Shown here in pieces: positions 6,152 through 14,343 of a stretch of 24,000 bases of DNA (its first letter is position 1; each line of letters starts with the position of its first letter). The stretch is from Euzebya sp. (lineage in GTDB: Bacteria; Actinomycetota; Nitriliruptoria; Euzebyales; Euzebyaceae): assembly GCF_964222135.1 (NCBI RefSeq), contig NZ_CAXQBR010000030.1, forward strand, positions 29,460 to 53,459. Direction: 5' to 3'. The notes under the pieces were generated by a model. The model ran no database searches and had not been told where the DNA came from. It worked only from the letters and a program-made list of their open reading frames with translations. Made by a program: the position numbers and the translations under genes.

Positions 6152-6582
6152 AGGCCCTCACCGTCCGTCAGCCATGGGCCAGCCTGATCGTGCTGGGTGT
6201 CAAGGACGTCGAGAACCGCAGCTGGTCCGCCCCCGCCGGAATCATCGGTCAGCGCATCGCGATCCACGCCGGCAAGACGCACAACGGCAACGAGTTCCGG
6301 TCCGCGCTGATCACGGCCCGCTGGGGCGGCCTGCCCGGTGACGACGAGCCCAACAACACGATGCGGTGGATCCATGCCTGGTGGGCCAACCGAGACCTGC
6401 CCTACGGCGCCGTGATCGGCACCGCAGTCGTCGCCGACTGCCACCAGTGCGACGGGGGCTGCTCACCTTGGGCTGTCCGCGGACGCGACTGGCACTGGTC
6501 ACTCACCGACGTCACCGAGGCCCACGACCCGGTCGAGATGAACGGCCGACTCGGTCTGTGGGAGGTGTCCACCCATGGATGA
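6148..6582 (+). CDS. ASCH-domain protein
   Basis: GTG 6148 (GTGA overlap) is in frame with track ORF 5794..6582. The N-terminus, KALTVRQPWASLIVLGVKDVENRSW...GQRIAIHAGK, is the typical phage ASCH opening motif. Confidence 0.75.
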   Translation: MKALTVRQPWASLIVLGVKDVENRSWSAPAGIIGQRIAIHAGKTHNGNEFRSALITARWGGLPGDDEPNNTMRWIHAWWANRDLPYGAVIGTAVVADCHQCDGGCSPWAVRGRDWHWSLTDVTEAHDPVEMNGRLGLWEVSTHG

Positions 6583-6919
6583 CCGTCGCCTGTTCGATGT
6601 CGGCTTCGCCGACTCGCCGCCACCGGAACACGAGCCGGAGGTGTCCCCACGCGGCCATACGCGGTACGGCGCTCGGGCGCGCAACCGGATCCGGCGTGGC
6701 GAACACCCGCTCACCGGCGGGCTACTGCATCCCGACGCGATCGCCGACCCCGCCGTGCGCGAAGGCGGTCCGCGCTGTGGCACCTGCATCCACATCACGA
6801 CGCCGGTGGGCCACAGGGGCAAGACGTGGCGGAAGTGCGACCTGATCGGCGGCGGGTCCGAGGCGACCGACCTGCGGCGTTGGTGGCCGGGCTGCAGTGA
6901 CTGGAAGGGGACGGCGTGA
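6575..6919 (+). CDS. Hypothetical protein (Cys-containing C-terminal half)
   Basis: ATG overlaps the upstream stop by 8 nt. 114 aa. RCGTCIH...WRKCD...WWPGCSDW. No domain recognised. Confidence 0.65.
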   Translation: MDDRRLFDVGFADSPPPEHEPEVSPRGHTRYGARARNRIRRGEHPLTGGLLHPDAIADPAVREGGPRCGTCIHITTPVGHRGKTWRKCDLIGGGSEATDLRRWWPGCSDWKGTA

Positions 6920-7752
6920 ACGCGAACGACATCGCGGCCGCGGTCCGCCGGCTGTACGGCTGCGAGACCGACGACATCGGCCCGGAGTGGGCCGCCCTGG
7001 CCGAGATGGACCTGCAGCCGGGCCACTCCACCCGTCGCATCGACCTGCTGCTCGTCCGCGCCTGGCGCGGCAAGCGCGGCCACGAACGCGTCGCCGTCGA
7101 GATCAAGGTGTCCCGCAGCGACCTTCGACGCGAGCTCGCGTCGCGTAAGTGGATGCCGTGGGCCGACGTCGTCCACCGGTTCATCCTCGCCGTCCCCGCG
7201 GCGATGTCGCTGGACGGCTTCGGGCTTCCGGAGCGGTGGGGCGTCATCACCGTCGACGACGACGGCACCGCTCACCACACCCGCCCGTCAGTTCGGGTGG
7301 CCGACTGCCACGACCTGCCCGAGACGGCCTGGATCGAGGCGTTCCGACGCGCCTCCCGCCTCGAGGCTCGGCTCCGTGCCCCAGACGACCCGCGAGCGCA
7401 GGTCGTCGCGCTGGCCTCTGACGTCGCCCGCCTGGAACGGTCCCTCACCACGGCACGGGCGGCCGCTGACCGTGAACGCAGCCGTCTGGACGACGCGCTC
7501 GAGCTGATCTCCCGGGTCCACCCGGCCGTGTCCTGCGAGTGTGGCACCCCGCTGACCGGCCGGCGGGGCCGGGGCCTGCACCTCCGCTGGGAGCACGACG
7601 GCGACCCGGGACCTGACCCGCTCGACGCCAACCGGATCTGCTCGTGGCCCCGCGTCGACCTGGACGTCCTCGCCGACGCCACGTTGCCCGACACCGAGCA
7701 GCTGCTCGAGAACCACGGCCGCGCCCTCAGGGACGTGATCGCCCGTGCGTGA
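6916..7752 (+). CDS. MmcB-like PD-(D/E)XK nuclease-fold protein with a coiled-coil / Cys-His C-terminal extension
   Basis: RIDLLLV...ERVAVEIKVSRSDLRRELASRKWMPWADVVHRFILAVP matches the D...E-x-K core and the EIK-S-R-x-D...KW...F-x-x-a-v-P pattern of the MmcB/DUF1052 family. The C-terminal ~130 aa has a heptad-like region and CxC-x12-H-x4-H. Confidence 0.6.
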   Translation: MNANDIAAAVRRLYGCETDDIGPEWAALAEMDLQPGHSTRRIDLLLVRAWRGKRGHERVAVEIKVSRSDLRRELASRKWMPWADVVHRFILAVPAAMSLDGFGLPERWGVITVDDDGTAHHTRPSVRVADCHDLPETAWIEAFRRASRLEARLRAPDDPRAQVVALASDVARLERSLTTARAAADRERSRLDDALELISRVHPAVSCECGTPLTGRRGRGLHLRWEHDGDPGPDPLDANRICSWPRVDLDVLADATLPDTEQLLENHGRALRDVIARA

Positions 7753-8011
7753 AGGCGATCCGATCCGGCTGCTGCCGCAGCACTTCGGGCCCGAGGGCAC
7801 GCCCAAGCGTCCGTTCGACACCAAGGACGACGCCCGTCAGTGGCTCCACGACCACGGCCTGAAGGCGGCCATCTACCGGTGCACCGTCTGCCCGGCGGTC
7901 CACATCGCCGGCGTCCACAAGGGCCACACGCCCTCTCCCGCCGAACGACAGGCCGCACACGACGCCGGGAAGGCCGCATGGCCCGCCGACGTCGAGGGGG
8001 CGGGCGCCTGA
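7745..8011 (+). CDS. Hypothetical protein
   Basis: GTG start overlaps the upstream stop. 88 aa. Its stop overlaps the next ATG (TGATG). Confidence 0.6.
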   Translation: MREGDPIRLLPQHFGPEGTPKRPFDTKDDARQWLHDHGLKAAIYRCTVCPAVHIAGVHKGHTPSPAERQAAHDAGKAAWPADVEGAGA

Positions 8012-8409
8012 TGTGGCAGATCGTCCTCCCCGAGGTGGTCGTGGACTACCAGGTCCTCAACCTGAACGCGCGCAAGCACTGGTCTGACCGCGCCCCAGCC
8101 GTCGCGCTCGTCCGCACGATGGTGAAGGCCGAAGCACTCCAGCTGCGGATCGGCCGGCACGACCACATCACCGCCGTCCTCACCTTCCACCCGCCCACGA
8201 GCACGAGGAGGGACCGGATCAACTGCGCGCTCGTGCACAAGGCCGCGATCGACGGGCTCGTCGACGCTCACGTCATCCCCGACGACACCCCCGACCACCT
8301 GACCGACCTCATGCCCCGCATCGGCGCCAAGCGCAAGCCGGCCGAGTGGATCCTCACCATCCACGCCGGCTACCCGACCGCCCAGACGCTCTACGGGATG
8401 ACCAGCTGA
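8011..8409 (+). CDS. rusA: RusA-family Holliday-junction resolvase
   Basis: ATG 8011 is in frame with track ORF 7840..8409. 132 aa. RRDRINCALVHKAAIDGLVDAHVIPDDTPDHL resembles the RusA D-x-(D)N...K...D-x-L...DD core. Size and position before the replication genes fit. Confidence 0.6.
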   Translation: MWQIVLPEVVVDYQVLNLNARKHWSDRAPAVALVRTMVKAEALQLRIGRHDHITAVLTFHPPTSTRRDRINCALVHKAAIDGLVDAHVIPDDTPDHLTDLMPRIGAKRKPAEWILTIHAGYPTAQTLYGMTS

Positions 8410-9326
8410 TGGCGGGCTACGGCAAGGTGTTCCACCGGTTCTGGAAGTCCCGCACCGTCCGCGGCTGGGACGACACGACCCGCACCCTCGCGCTGTACCT
8501 CCTCACGTCGCAGCACGCGACGTCCGAGGGGTACTTCCACCTGCCGATCGCCTACGCCGCCGCCGACCTCGGCTGGGACCTCGACAAGGTCGAGAAGGCG
8601 TTCGCTCAGCTCGACGCGGACGACTTCGCACGGTACGACCCGGACGCCGAGGTGGTGCTGGTCGTCAAGGCGATCCGGTGGAACGAACCGCGCGGCAAGC
8701 CACAGATCAAGGGGGCGGTCACCCGCATCCAGGAGGCGCCGGCCAGCCCTCTGCTGGTCGAGTTGTGCCGGTCAGCGGAGGGTCTCGAAGGGGGTATCCA
8801 CGCCGAGTTGATACCCCTGGCAGACCCTTTCGAGAGGGTATCGGAACCCTCTCCTGATACCCCCTCGGGAGGGTCTGCAGATACCCCCTCGGGACCCTCT
8901 CGGGACCCTGTCGAGTCCTCTAGCTCTAGCTCTAGCTCTAACTCAACCCCTTCCGCGACGTCCGCTGACGCGGACGATCGCCACGAACACGACCCGGACG
9001 CCGGCGACGGACCACCCGGCGAGCCTCAGGTCGACGAGGCGGCACGCCAGTTCGAGGAGCACTTCTGGCCCGTCTACCCGGCCCGGAACGGCAAGAAGGT
9101 CGGCAAGGCCAACGCGCTCATCGAGTGGCGCAAGCTGACCATCGCCGAACGCCGCCGGGCGGTCACCGGCGCCCGGAACCTCGCCTCGTCCGATCAGCTA
9201 CCCAAGGACGCCGAGCGGTTCCTCCGGCGCGCCAAGGGCGGCCGAGGCGACTTCCCGTTCGACGACTGGCAGGAACCCGCGCTGCCGGCCAGCGGACGTG
9301 ACGACCGACGGGACGTGATCGTGTGA
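8409..9326 (+). CDS. Putative replication initiator / replisome organizer
   Basis: ATG 8409 (TGATG) is in frame with track ORF 8346..9326. It lies directly upstream of, and is coupled to, the DnaB-type helicase gene. It has two domains separated by a low-complexity Ser/Pro linker whose coding DNA carries an iteron-like repeat nest. The C-terminal block is FEEHFWPVYPARNGKKVGKANALIEWRKL. Confidence 0.5.
   Translation: MAGYGKVFHRFWKSRTVRGWDDTTRTLALYLLTSQHATSEGYFHLPIAYAAADLGWDLDKVEKAFAQLDADDFARYDPDAEVVLVVKAIRWNEPRGKPQIKGAVTRIQEAPASPLLVELCRSAEGLEGGIHAELIPLADPFERVSEPSPDTPSGGSADTPSGPSRDPVESSSSSSSSNSTPSATSADADDRHEHDPDAGDGPPGEPQVDEAARQFEEHFWPVYPARNGKKVGKANALIEWRKLTIAERRRAVTGARNLASSDQLPKDAERFLRRAKGGRGDFPFDDWQEPALPASGRDDRRDVIV
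8778..8909. repeat. Iteron-like repeat nest (candidate phage origin) inside the organizer gene
   Basis: GATACCCC or its complement occurs at 8791-8798(-), 8810-8817(+), 8836-8842(-, 7/8), 8856-8863(+) and 8880-8887(+). A 15-bp perfect direct repeat, GATACCCCCTCGGGA, is at 8856-8870 and 8880-8894. An 11-bp perfect tandem, CTCGGGACCCT, is at 8888-8898/8899-8909. GAGGGTCT is at 8778-8785 and 8869-8876, with its inverse AGACCCT at 8822-8828. Confidence 0.5.
8918..8941 (+). repeat. Hexanucleotide tandem repeat (CTCTAG)x3 + CTCTAA
   Basis: In frame it reads as a poly-Ser run (SSSSSSSN). It is the locally lowest-GC stretch and lies next to the iteron-like nest. Confidence 0.9.
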
Positions 9327-10639
9327 CGGCCGACCACGCCCAGCTCGTCGACGCCTGGGTCCGCGCCGAAGCGTCCCTGATCGGCGCGACGCTGATCCTG
9401 TACGACGACCGGCACGTCGACGAGATCCTCGGCCAGGTCCCGCCGGCGGCGTTCCACCGCGGCGAGCACCGCAAGATCTGGGAGGCCCTCGCCGCCGCCC
9501 GCGACGACGGGCAGCCCGCCGACACCGCCTCCGTCGTCGACGTCCTCGACAAGCGAGGGCTGCTCGACGGTCACGAACCCGGCTGGCTCGCCGACCTCAC
9601 CGCCTCCATCCCATCCGCCGCCGGCGTCAGCCGGGCCGCCCAACTGGTCCTGGAGCAGGCCCGCCGCCGCGACCTGCACACCACAGGCATGCGGCTCGCC
9701 TCCACCGCCCACGACCGCACCGTCGACATCGACGACCTCGTCGGCACCACCGTCGACGAGCTGCTCGGCCAGGCCGGCCGCACCGGCGACGGGATCATCC
9801 GCGTCGACGACGTCGCCACCGAGGTCCTGGACCGTCGCGAGCACGGGATCATCACCCGCGGCGTGTCCACCGGCTGGTTCGACGTCGACCGGCTCTACCG
9901 GGTCGTCCCCGGCAACCTGACCATCCTCGCCGGCATCCCCGGCCACGGGAAGTCCACGTGGCTCGACAGCCTCCTCGTCAACCTCGCCGAACGACACGGC
10001 TGGCGAACCATGCAGTTCTCACCCGAGTCGGCCCCGATCGCCGAGCACGTCGACGAGCTCGTCACCCGACGCGTCGGCCGCAAAGCCACCCTCCTCGAGG
10101 TCCAAGCGGCGCTCGGCTGGGTGCACGAGCACTTCGCCTGGGTCGACCACGACAGCCACACCACCGTCTCCCAGATCCTCACCGCCGTCCGAGCCGAACA
10201 CGCACGCCGGCCTGTCAACAGCTTCGTGATTGACCCGTGGACCGAACTCGACGTCACCCGGCAACGCAACGAACGCGAGGACGAGTACATCCGCCGCGAG
10301 GTCACCCGCATCCGCCAGTTCGCCCGCCGCCACGACCTCCACGCCTTCCTCGTCGTCCACCCCAAGAACATCGACGCCAACCGCGACGGCACCTACCCGA
10401 TCCCACGCGCCTCCGACCTGCACGGCGGCTCCGTCTGGCGCAAGCAAGCCGACGCGCTCGTCGTCATCTGGCGCGACGAGGGCGGCGTCAACCGGTCCGA
10501 CGACATCGCTGAGGTCGTCGTCCAGAAGATCCGCCGCCAACCCGGCGACGGCCGGCTCGGCCGCACCTCCCTCCGCTTCGACATGCACACCCACACCTAC
10601 GCCCAGATCAGCCCTCTCGACGGAGGCACCCCGGCATGA
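9323..10639 (+). CDS. dnaB: DnaB-family replicative DNA helicase
   Basis: The N-terminus has the DnaB-N pattern (AEASLIGATLI...ILGQVPPAAFHRGEHRKIWEAL...GQPADTASVVDVL). Walker A is AGIPGHGKST and Walker B-like is SFVIDPW. 438 aa, with a GTGA overlap to the upstream gene. Confidence 0.85.
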   Translation: MTADHAQLVDAWVRAEASLIGATLILYDDRHVDEILGQVPPAAFHRGEHRKIWEALAAARDDGQPADTASVVDVLDKRGLLDGHEPGWLADLTASIPSAAGVSRAAQLVLEQARRRDLHTTGMRLASTAHDRTVDIDDLVGTTVDELLGQAGRTGDGIIRVDDVATEVLDRREHGIITRGVSTGWFDVDRLYRVVPGNLTILAGIPGHGKSTWLDSLLVNLAERHGWRTMQFSPESAPIAEHVDELVTRRVGRKATLLEVQAALGWVHEHFAWVDHDSHTTVSQILTAVRAEHARRPVNSFVIDPWTELDVTRQRNEREDEYIRREVTRIRQFARRHDLHAFLVVHPKNIDANRDGTYPIPRASDLHGGSVWRKQADALVVIWRDEGGVNRSDDIAEVVVQKIRRQPGDGRLGRTSLRFDMHTHTYAQISPLDGGTPA

Positions 10640-10965
10640 CCCGCATCACCCCCGAGATCAGCAACCACATCGCCGAGGCGGCCATGTGCAGCCGCGCCGC
10701 CCTCGACCGCATCGACCGGCCCGACTTCACCGACGACGACGTCCACCAGGCCCTCCAACGCGCGCACGACGCCACAGGCCGCGCCCTGACTGCGCTCGGC
10801 ACCATCCCGCCTGGGCGCTGCACTGCCCGCGCAGCCGGAATCGGCGGCGAGGTCGACTGCGTACTCCTCGAGGGCCACACCGGCCAGCACGAGATGAGCG
10901 GCGGCGGCCACTGGATGGTCGTGCCAGGTCCCGACCACGACGAGGTCCTCTCCGATGCCCTCTGA
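10636..10965 (+). CDS. Hypothetical protein
   Basis: ATGA overlap with the helicase stop. 109 aa with high GC3. Confidence 0.6.
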   Translation: MTRITPEISNHIAEAAMCSRAALDRIDRPDFTDDDVHQALQRAHDATGRALTALGTIPPGRCTARAAGIGGEVDCVLLEGHTGQHEMSGGGHWMVVPGPDHDEVLSDAL

Positions 10966-12322
10966 GCCCCCGAGCAACGACGCCTTCCCACAGGATCTCG
11001 CACCGAGCACGGTCAGCGCCGACGACGGCTACGACGCTTTCCTCGCCGCCAAGGCCGCACTCCGCGCCCAGGACGGCATCGAGGTCGGTCGACTCGACGT
11101 GAACGCCCGCCTTCACCCCTGGCAGCGCGAGGTGGTCCGCTGGGCGTGCCGCACCGGTCGTGCCGCGCTGTTCGAGGACTGCGGCCTCGGCAAGACGTTC
11201 CAGCAGGTCGAGTGGCTCCGGCTGATGACCGGTTCGCGCCGCGGTCTGATCGTCGCGCCGCTCTCCGTCGCCCGCCAGACGGTCCGTGAGGCCGCGAAGC
11301 TCGGCGTCGAGGTCCACTACACCCGGACCCAGCCGAACGGCACCGGGCTCTACGTCACGAACTACGAGATGGTCGACCGGTTCGACCTGTCCGCCTTCGC
11401 TGCGGTCGTCCTCGATGAGTCGTCGATCCTCAAGAACGTCGACGGGAAGACCCGACGGCGGCTCACCACCGCGATCGCCGACGTTCCCTACCGTCTGGCC
11501 TGCACCGCCACCCCCGCGCCGAACGACGTCGCGGAGCTGACCAACCATGCGGACTGGCTCGGCCGGATGGCGCGTGCCGAGATGCTGGCCGGCTACTTCG
11601 TCCACGACGACACCGGGTGGCGGCTCAAGGGTCACGCCGCCGAACCGATGGCCCGCTGGATGGGGTCGTGGACCCTCGCCATGCGCAAGCCCTCGGACCT
11701 CGGCTGGCCCGATGACGGCTACGACCTGCCGCCGCTCACCATCCGTCCGCACATCGTCGACGTGGACCTGGCCGCTGACGGCCAGCTGTTCCCCACCGAC
11801 CTCGGCGGCATCGGTGGCCGTGCCAAGGTGCGCCGCGAGACCCTCCCAGCCCGCTGCGACGCCGCCGTCACCCACCTCGAAGGCGATGCCCAGGCGATCG
11901 CGTGGTGCGGCCTGAACGACGAGGCCGACCGGATCGCCGACGCGCTCGGCGACGACGCGGTCAACGTGCAGGGCTCATGGGCTCCGGAGGCCAAGGCCGA
12001 GGCGCTCGAGGCCTTCCAGGACGGCGAGGTCCGGGTGCTCATCACCAAGCCGTCCATCGCCGGGTTCGGCATGAACTTCCAGAACGCGCACCGCATGACC
12101 TTCGTCGGGCTCGGCGACTCCTACGAGGCGTACTACCAGGCCATCCGCCGCTGCTGGCGGTTCGGCCAGACCGAGCCGGTCGACGTCCACATCGTCGTGT
12201 CCGAGCTCGAAGCCCAGATCGTCGACAACGTCCGCCGCAAGGAACGCGACGCCGCCAGCTTCACCGACCTGCTGATCCGACACGCGCCCGTCCGGCGCAC
12301 CGCTGAGGAGGTGGCCGCGTGA
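10955..12322 (+). CDS. SNF2/DEAD-box superfamily-2 helicase
   Basis: LHPWQREVVRWA...ALFEDCGLGKTFQQ (motif I), VVLDESSILKN (DExx, motif II), CTATPAPN (motif III), and the C-terminal helicase lobe VLITKPSIAGFGMNFQ...YYQAIRRCWRFGQ (motif VI). Coupled to the methyltransferase gene. Confidence 0.85.
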   Translation: MPSEPPSNDAFPQDLAPSTVSADDGYDAFLAAKAALRAQDGIEVGRLDVNARLHPWQREVVRWACRTGRAALFEDCGLGKTFQQVEWLRLMTGSRRGLIVAPLSVARQTVREAAKLGVEVHYTRTQPNGTGLYVTNYEMVDRFDLSAFAAVVLDESSILKNVDGKTRRRLTTAIADVPYRLACTATPAPNDVAELTNHADWLGRMARAEMLAGYFVHDDTGWRLKGHAAEPMARWMGSWTLAMRKPSDLGWPDDGYDLPPLTIRPHIVDVDLAADGQLFPTDLGGIGGRAKVRRETLPARCDAAVTHLEGDAQAIAWCGLNDEADRIADALGDDAVNVQGSWAPEAKAEALEAFQDGEVRVLITKPSIAGFGMNFQNAHRMTFVGLGDSYEAYYQAIRRCWRFGQTEPVDVHIVVSELEAQIVDNVRRKERDAASFTDLLIRHAPVRRTAEEVAA

Positions 12323-13221
12323 CGGCCGACGAGTACATCACCGACGACGCCCGCGGCGACGGCTGGCACCTCATGCTCGGCGACTCCTGCGAACGGCTCG
12401 CCGAGATCGGCGACGACACCGTCGACCTGTCCGTGTACAGCCCGCCGTTCGCGTCGCTCTACACCTACAGCCCGTCGCTGCGGGACCTCGGCAACAACCC
12501 CGACCGTGACGCCTTCCTGGCGCACTACCGGTTCGTGATCGACCACGTTCTCCGGGTCACCAAGCCCGGCCGGCTCTCCGTCGTCCACGTCCAGCAGCTC
12601 TCGACCACGAAGGCCACCCACGGCGTGATCGGACTGACCGACTTCCGCGGCCAGGTCATCGCCGCCCACGAGGACGCCGGCTGGATCTTCCACGGCGAGG
12701 TGACCATCGACAAGGACCCCCAGGCGCAGGCCATCCGCACCAAGGCCCATGCCCTGATGTTCCAGACCCTCCGTCGGGACGCCACTGGCAACCGACCGGC
12801 GATGGCGGACTACCTCCTCGTGTTCCGCAAGCCCGGCACGAACGCCGTTCCGGTGAAGCCGACCGAGCACGGCGTCACCAACGAGGACTGGATCTCCTGG
12901 GCGCGGCCGGTGTGGTACGGCATCCGCGAGACCAACACCCTGAACACCGCCGTCGCCAAGGACGACCGGGACGAGCGGCACATCTGCCCGTTGCAGCTCG
13001 ACCTGATCGAGCGGTGCGTCCGGCTGTGGTCCAACCCTGACGAGCTGGTCCTGTCCCCGTTCGCCGGCATCGGCTCCGAGGGCCACGAGGCCCTGCGCGC
13101 GGGCCGCCGGTTCGTCGGCTGCGAGCTGAAGCCGTCGTACTGGCGCACGGCCGCGGACAACCTGCGCGTCGCCGAGCAGGAGCGCGACACGCCGACCCTG
13201 ATGGACGAGGTGACGGCATGA
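12319..13221 (+). CDS. Beta-class DNA methyltransferase (N4/N6 MTase family), SPPF catalytic motif, probably N4-cytosine-specific
   Basis: DTVDLSVYSPPFASLY (motif IV, SPPF) lies N-terminal to HICPLQLDLIERCVRLWSNPDELVLSPFAGIGSEG (AdoMet motif I, FxGxG). This motif order defines the beta class. No restriction endonuclease gene is adjacent. Confidence 0.85.
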   Translation: MTADEYITDDARGDGWHLMLGDSCERLAEIGDDTVDLSVYSPPFASLYTYSPSLRDLGNNPDRDAFLAHYRFVIDHVLRVTKPGRLSVVHVQQLSTTKATHGVIGLTDFRGQVIAAHEDAGWIFHGEVTIDKDPQAQAIRTKAHALMFQTLRRDATGNRPAMADYLLVFRKPGTNAVPVKPTEHGVTNEDWISWARPVWYGIRETNTLNTAVAKDDRDERHICPLQLDLIERCVRLWSNPDELVLSPFAGIGSEGHEALRAGRRFVGCELKPSYWRTAADNLRVAEQERDTPTLMDEVTA

Positions 13222-13296
13222 GCCCCGACGGTCCTTACCCGCCCACCCCCGCCCGACCTGCCTACATCGGGCCTTACCGAGCGGGGGCCGAGGGCG

Positions 13297-13905
13297 ATGT
13301 CTGAGGCCCTCACCGTCACCCTGAACCGGATCGCGCGGGCGCTCCCACGGCTCCACGAGGACGCCTACAGCTCGATGCGGTCACCGTCACCGGCACCGAT
13401 CGACCAGGACGACCGGCTCACCGACGCCCGCGCACACCCCCACCTCCGCCCGGCCATGAACGTCCACTCGTCCGCACCCACGGGCGACGCCCAGGCCGCA
13501 GGCGTGTACCGGCACGCCACCCGCGTCATCACCGCCGCCTACGACCAGCTCATCCCACCCGCCCTGCTGCAGCGGCCCCGTGGTGGCGCCGAAGCCGACC
13601 CGGGCCCCGCCGACCTGGGAGGCATGCTGACGATGCTCCACCGCGTCACCGCGCGGTGGGACGACCAGCCCGGCAGCCGCGCCGACGACCTCCGACCCGT
13701 CCTCCGCGACCACGCCCGGCAGCTCGAGCGGCTCGCCGACCGCATCGTCGGCTGGTGGGAGCCTCCCGCTCGCCCCACGCCCGTCGGACCGACGTGCACG
13801 CAACCCCACGGGTACGAGGGCTGCCGCACGTCACCGGTCCTCGCCCACGGCATGTGTGGGCCCTGCTACCACCACAACCGCCGGCAGAAGGCCCGCGCGT
13901 CGTGA
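13297..13905 (+). CDS. Hypothetical protein with a C-terminal Cys knuckle (C-x8-C-x10-C-x2-C-Y-x3-RR)
   Basis: 202 aa with high GC3. It ends ...CTQPHGYEGCRTSPVLAHGMCGPCYHHNRRQKARAS. It is the last gene before the packaging cluster. Confidence 0.65.
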   Translation: MSEALTVTLNRIARALPRLHEDAYSSMRSPSPAPIDQDDRLTDARAHPHLRPAMNVHSSAPTGDAQAAGVYRHATRVITAAYDQLIPPALLQRPRGGAEADPGPADLGGMLTMLHRVTARWDDQPGSRADDLRPVLRDHARQLERLADRIVGWWEPPARPTPVGPTCTQPHGYEGCRTSPVLAHGMCGPCYHHNRRQKARAS

Positions 13906-13928
13906 ACTCCACGCCTGTGACTACCTGC

Positions 13929-13957
13929 TTGAAGTCCGCACGCAACTCGGGTAACTT
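13929..13957 (+). promoter_or_regulatory. Candidate promoter upstream of the HNH/packaging cluster
   Basis: TTGAAG (13929-13934), a 17-nt spacer, then TAACTT (13952-13957), within a 126-bp gap of lower GC. Confidence 0.3.
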
Positions 13958-14031
13958 TCGGATCAGTACGGTGACCGAAGCTGCGCCCGCCCCTCTGGCA
14001 GGCGTTCGCGCGTCCGCAGCGTGACCCTCCC

Positions 14032-14319
14032 ATGGCCGGCAACAAGGGCCGCACCGGCGCCGCCTATCGGCGCCTGCGTGAGCAGGTCCGCCGCGAGGAG
14101 GGCACCCGCTGCTGGCTGTGCCCGCTCCCCATCGACCTGAGCCTGAAGTACCACGGCGGTCCCGGCGACATGAGCTTCAGCCTCGACCACGTCGTCCCGC
14201 TCGAGCAGGGCGGCTCGCTGCTCGACAGGTCCAACGCCCGCGCCGCGCACCTGGACTGCAACCGGAAGCGCCGCGATAACATCGCCCAGCCGAAGACCTC
14301 GAGGAAGTGGCTCGTTTAA
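14032..14319 (+). CDS. HNH endonuclease (packaging-associated type)
   Basis: 95 aa. CWLCPLP...SLDHVVPLEQGG...SNARAAHLDCNRKR gives the H-N-H residues with flanking Cys pairs. The position just upstream of the terminase genes is typical of cos-type HK97-like packaging modules. Confidence 0.85.
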   Translation: MAGNKGRTGAAYRRLREQVRREEGTRCWLCPLPIDLSLKYHGGPGDMSFSLDHVVPLEQGGSLLDRSNARAAHLDCNRKRRDNIAQPKTSRKWLV

Positions 14320-14343
14320 CCGGCGCTGTGCCACCATCAGCAC

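Noticed and set aside
8918-8941. The CTCTAG tandem repeat contains TAG triplets, which raised the possibility of in-frame stops, a pseudogene, or a CRISPR-like repeat.
   Set aside because: In the gene's frame the repeat reads TCT AGC (Ser-Ser), so the ORF stays open. The 6-bp units have no spacers, so this is a microsatellite and not a CRISPR array.
13221-13297. Two CCTTACC words (GGTCCTTACCC and GGGCCTTACCG) in the gap after the methyltransferase gene, considered as a regulatory direct repeat.
   Set aside because: Only 7 bp are shared, and there is no supporting promoter-like hexamer or symmetry. This is too weak to call.
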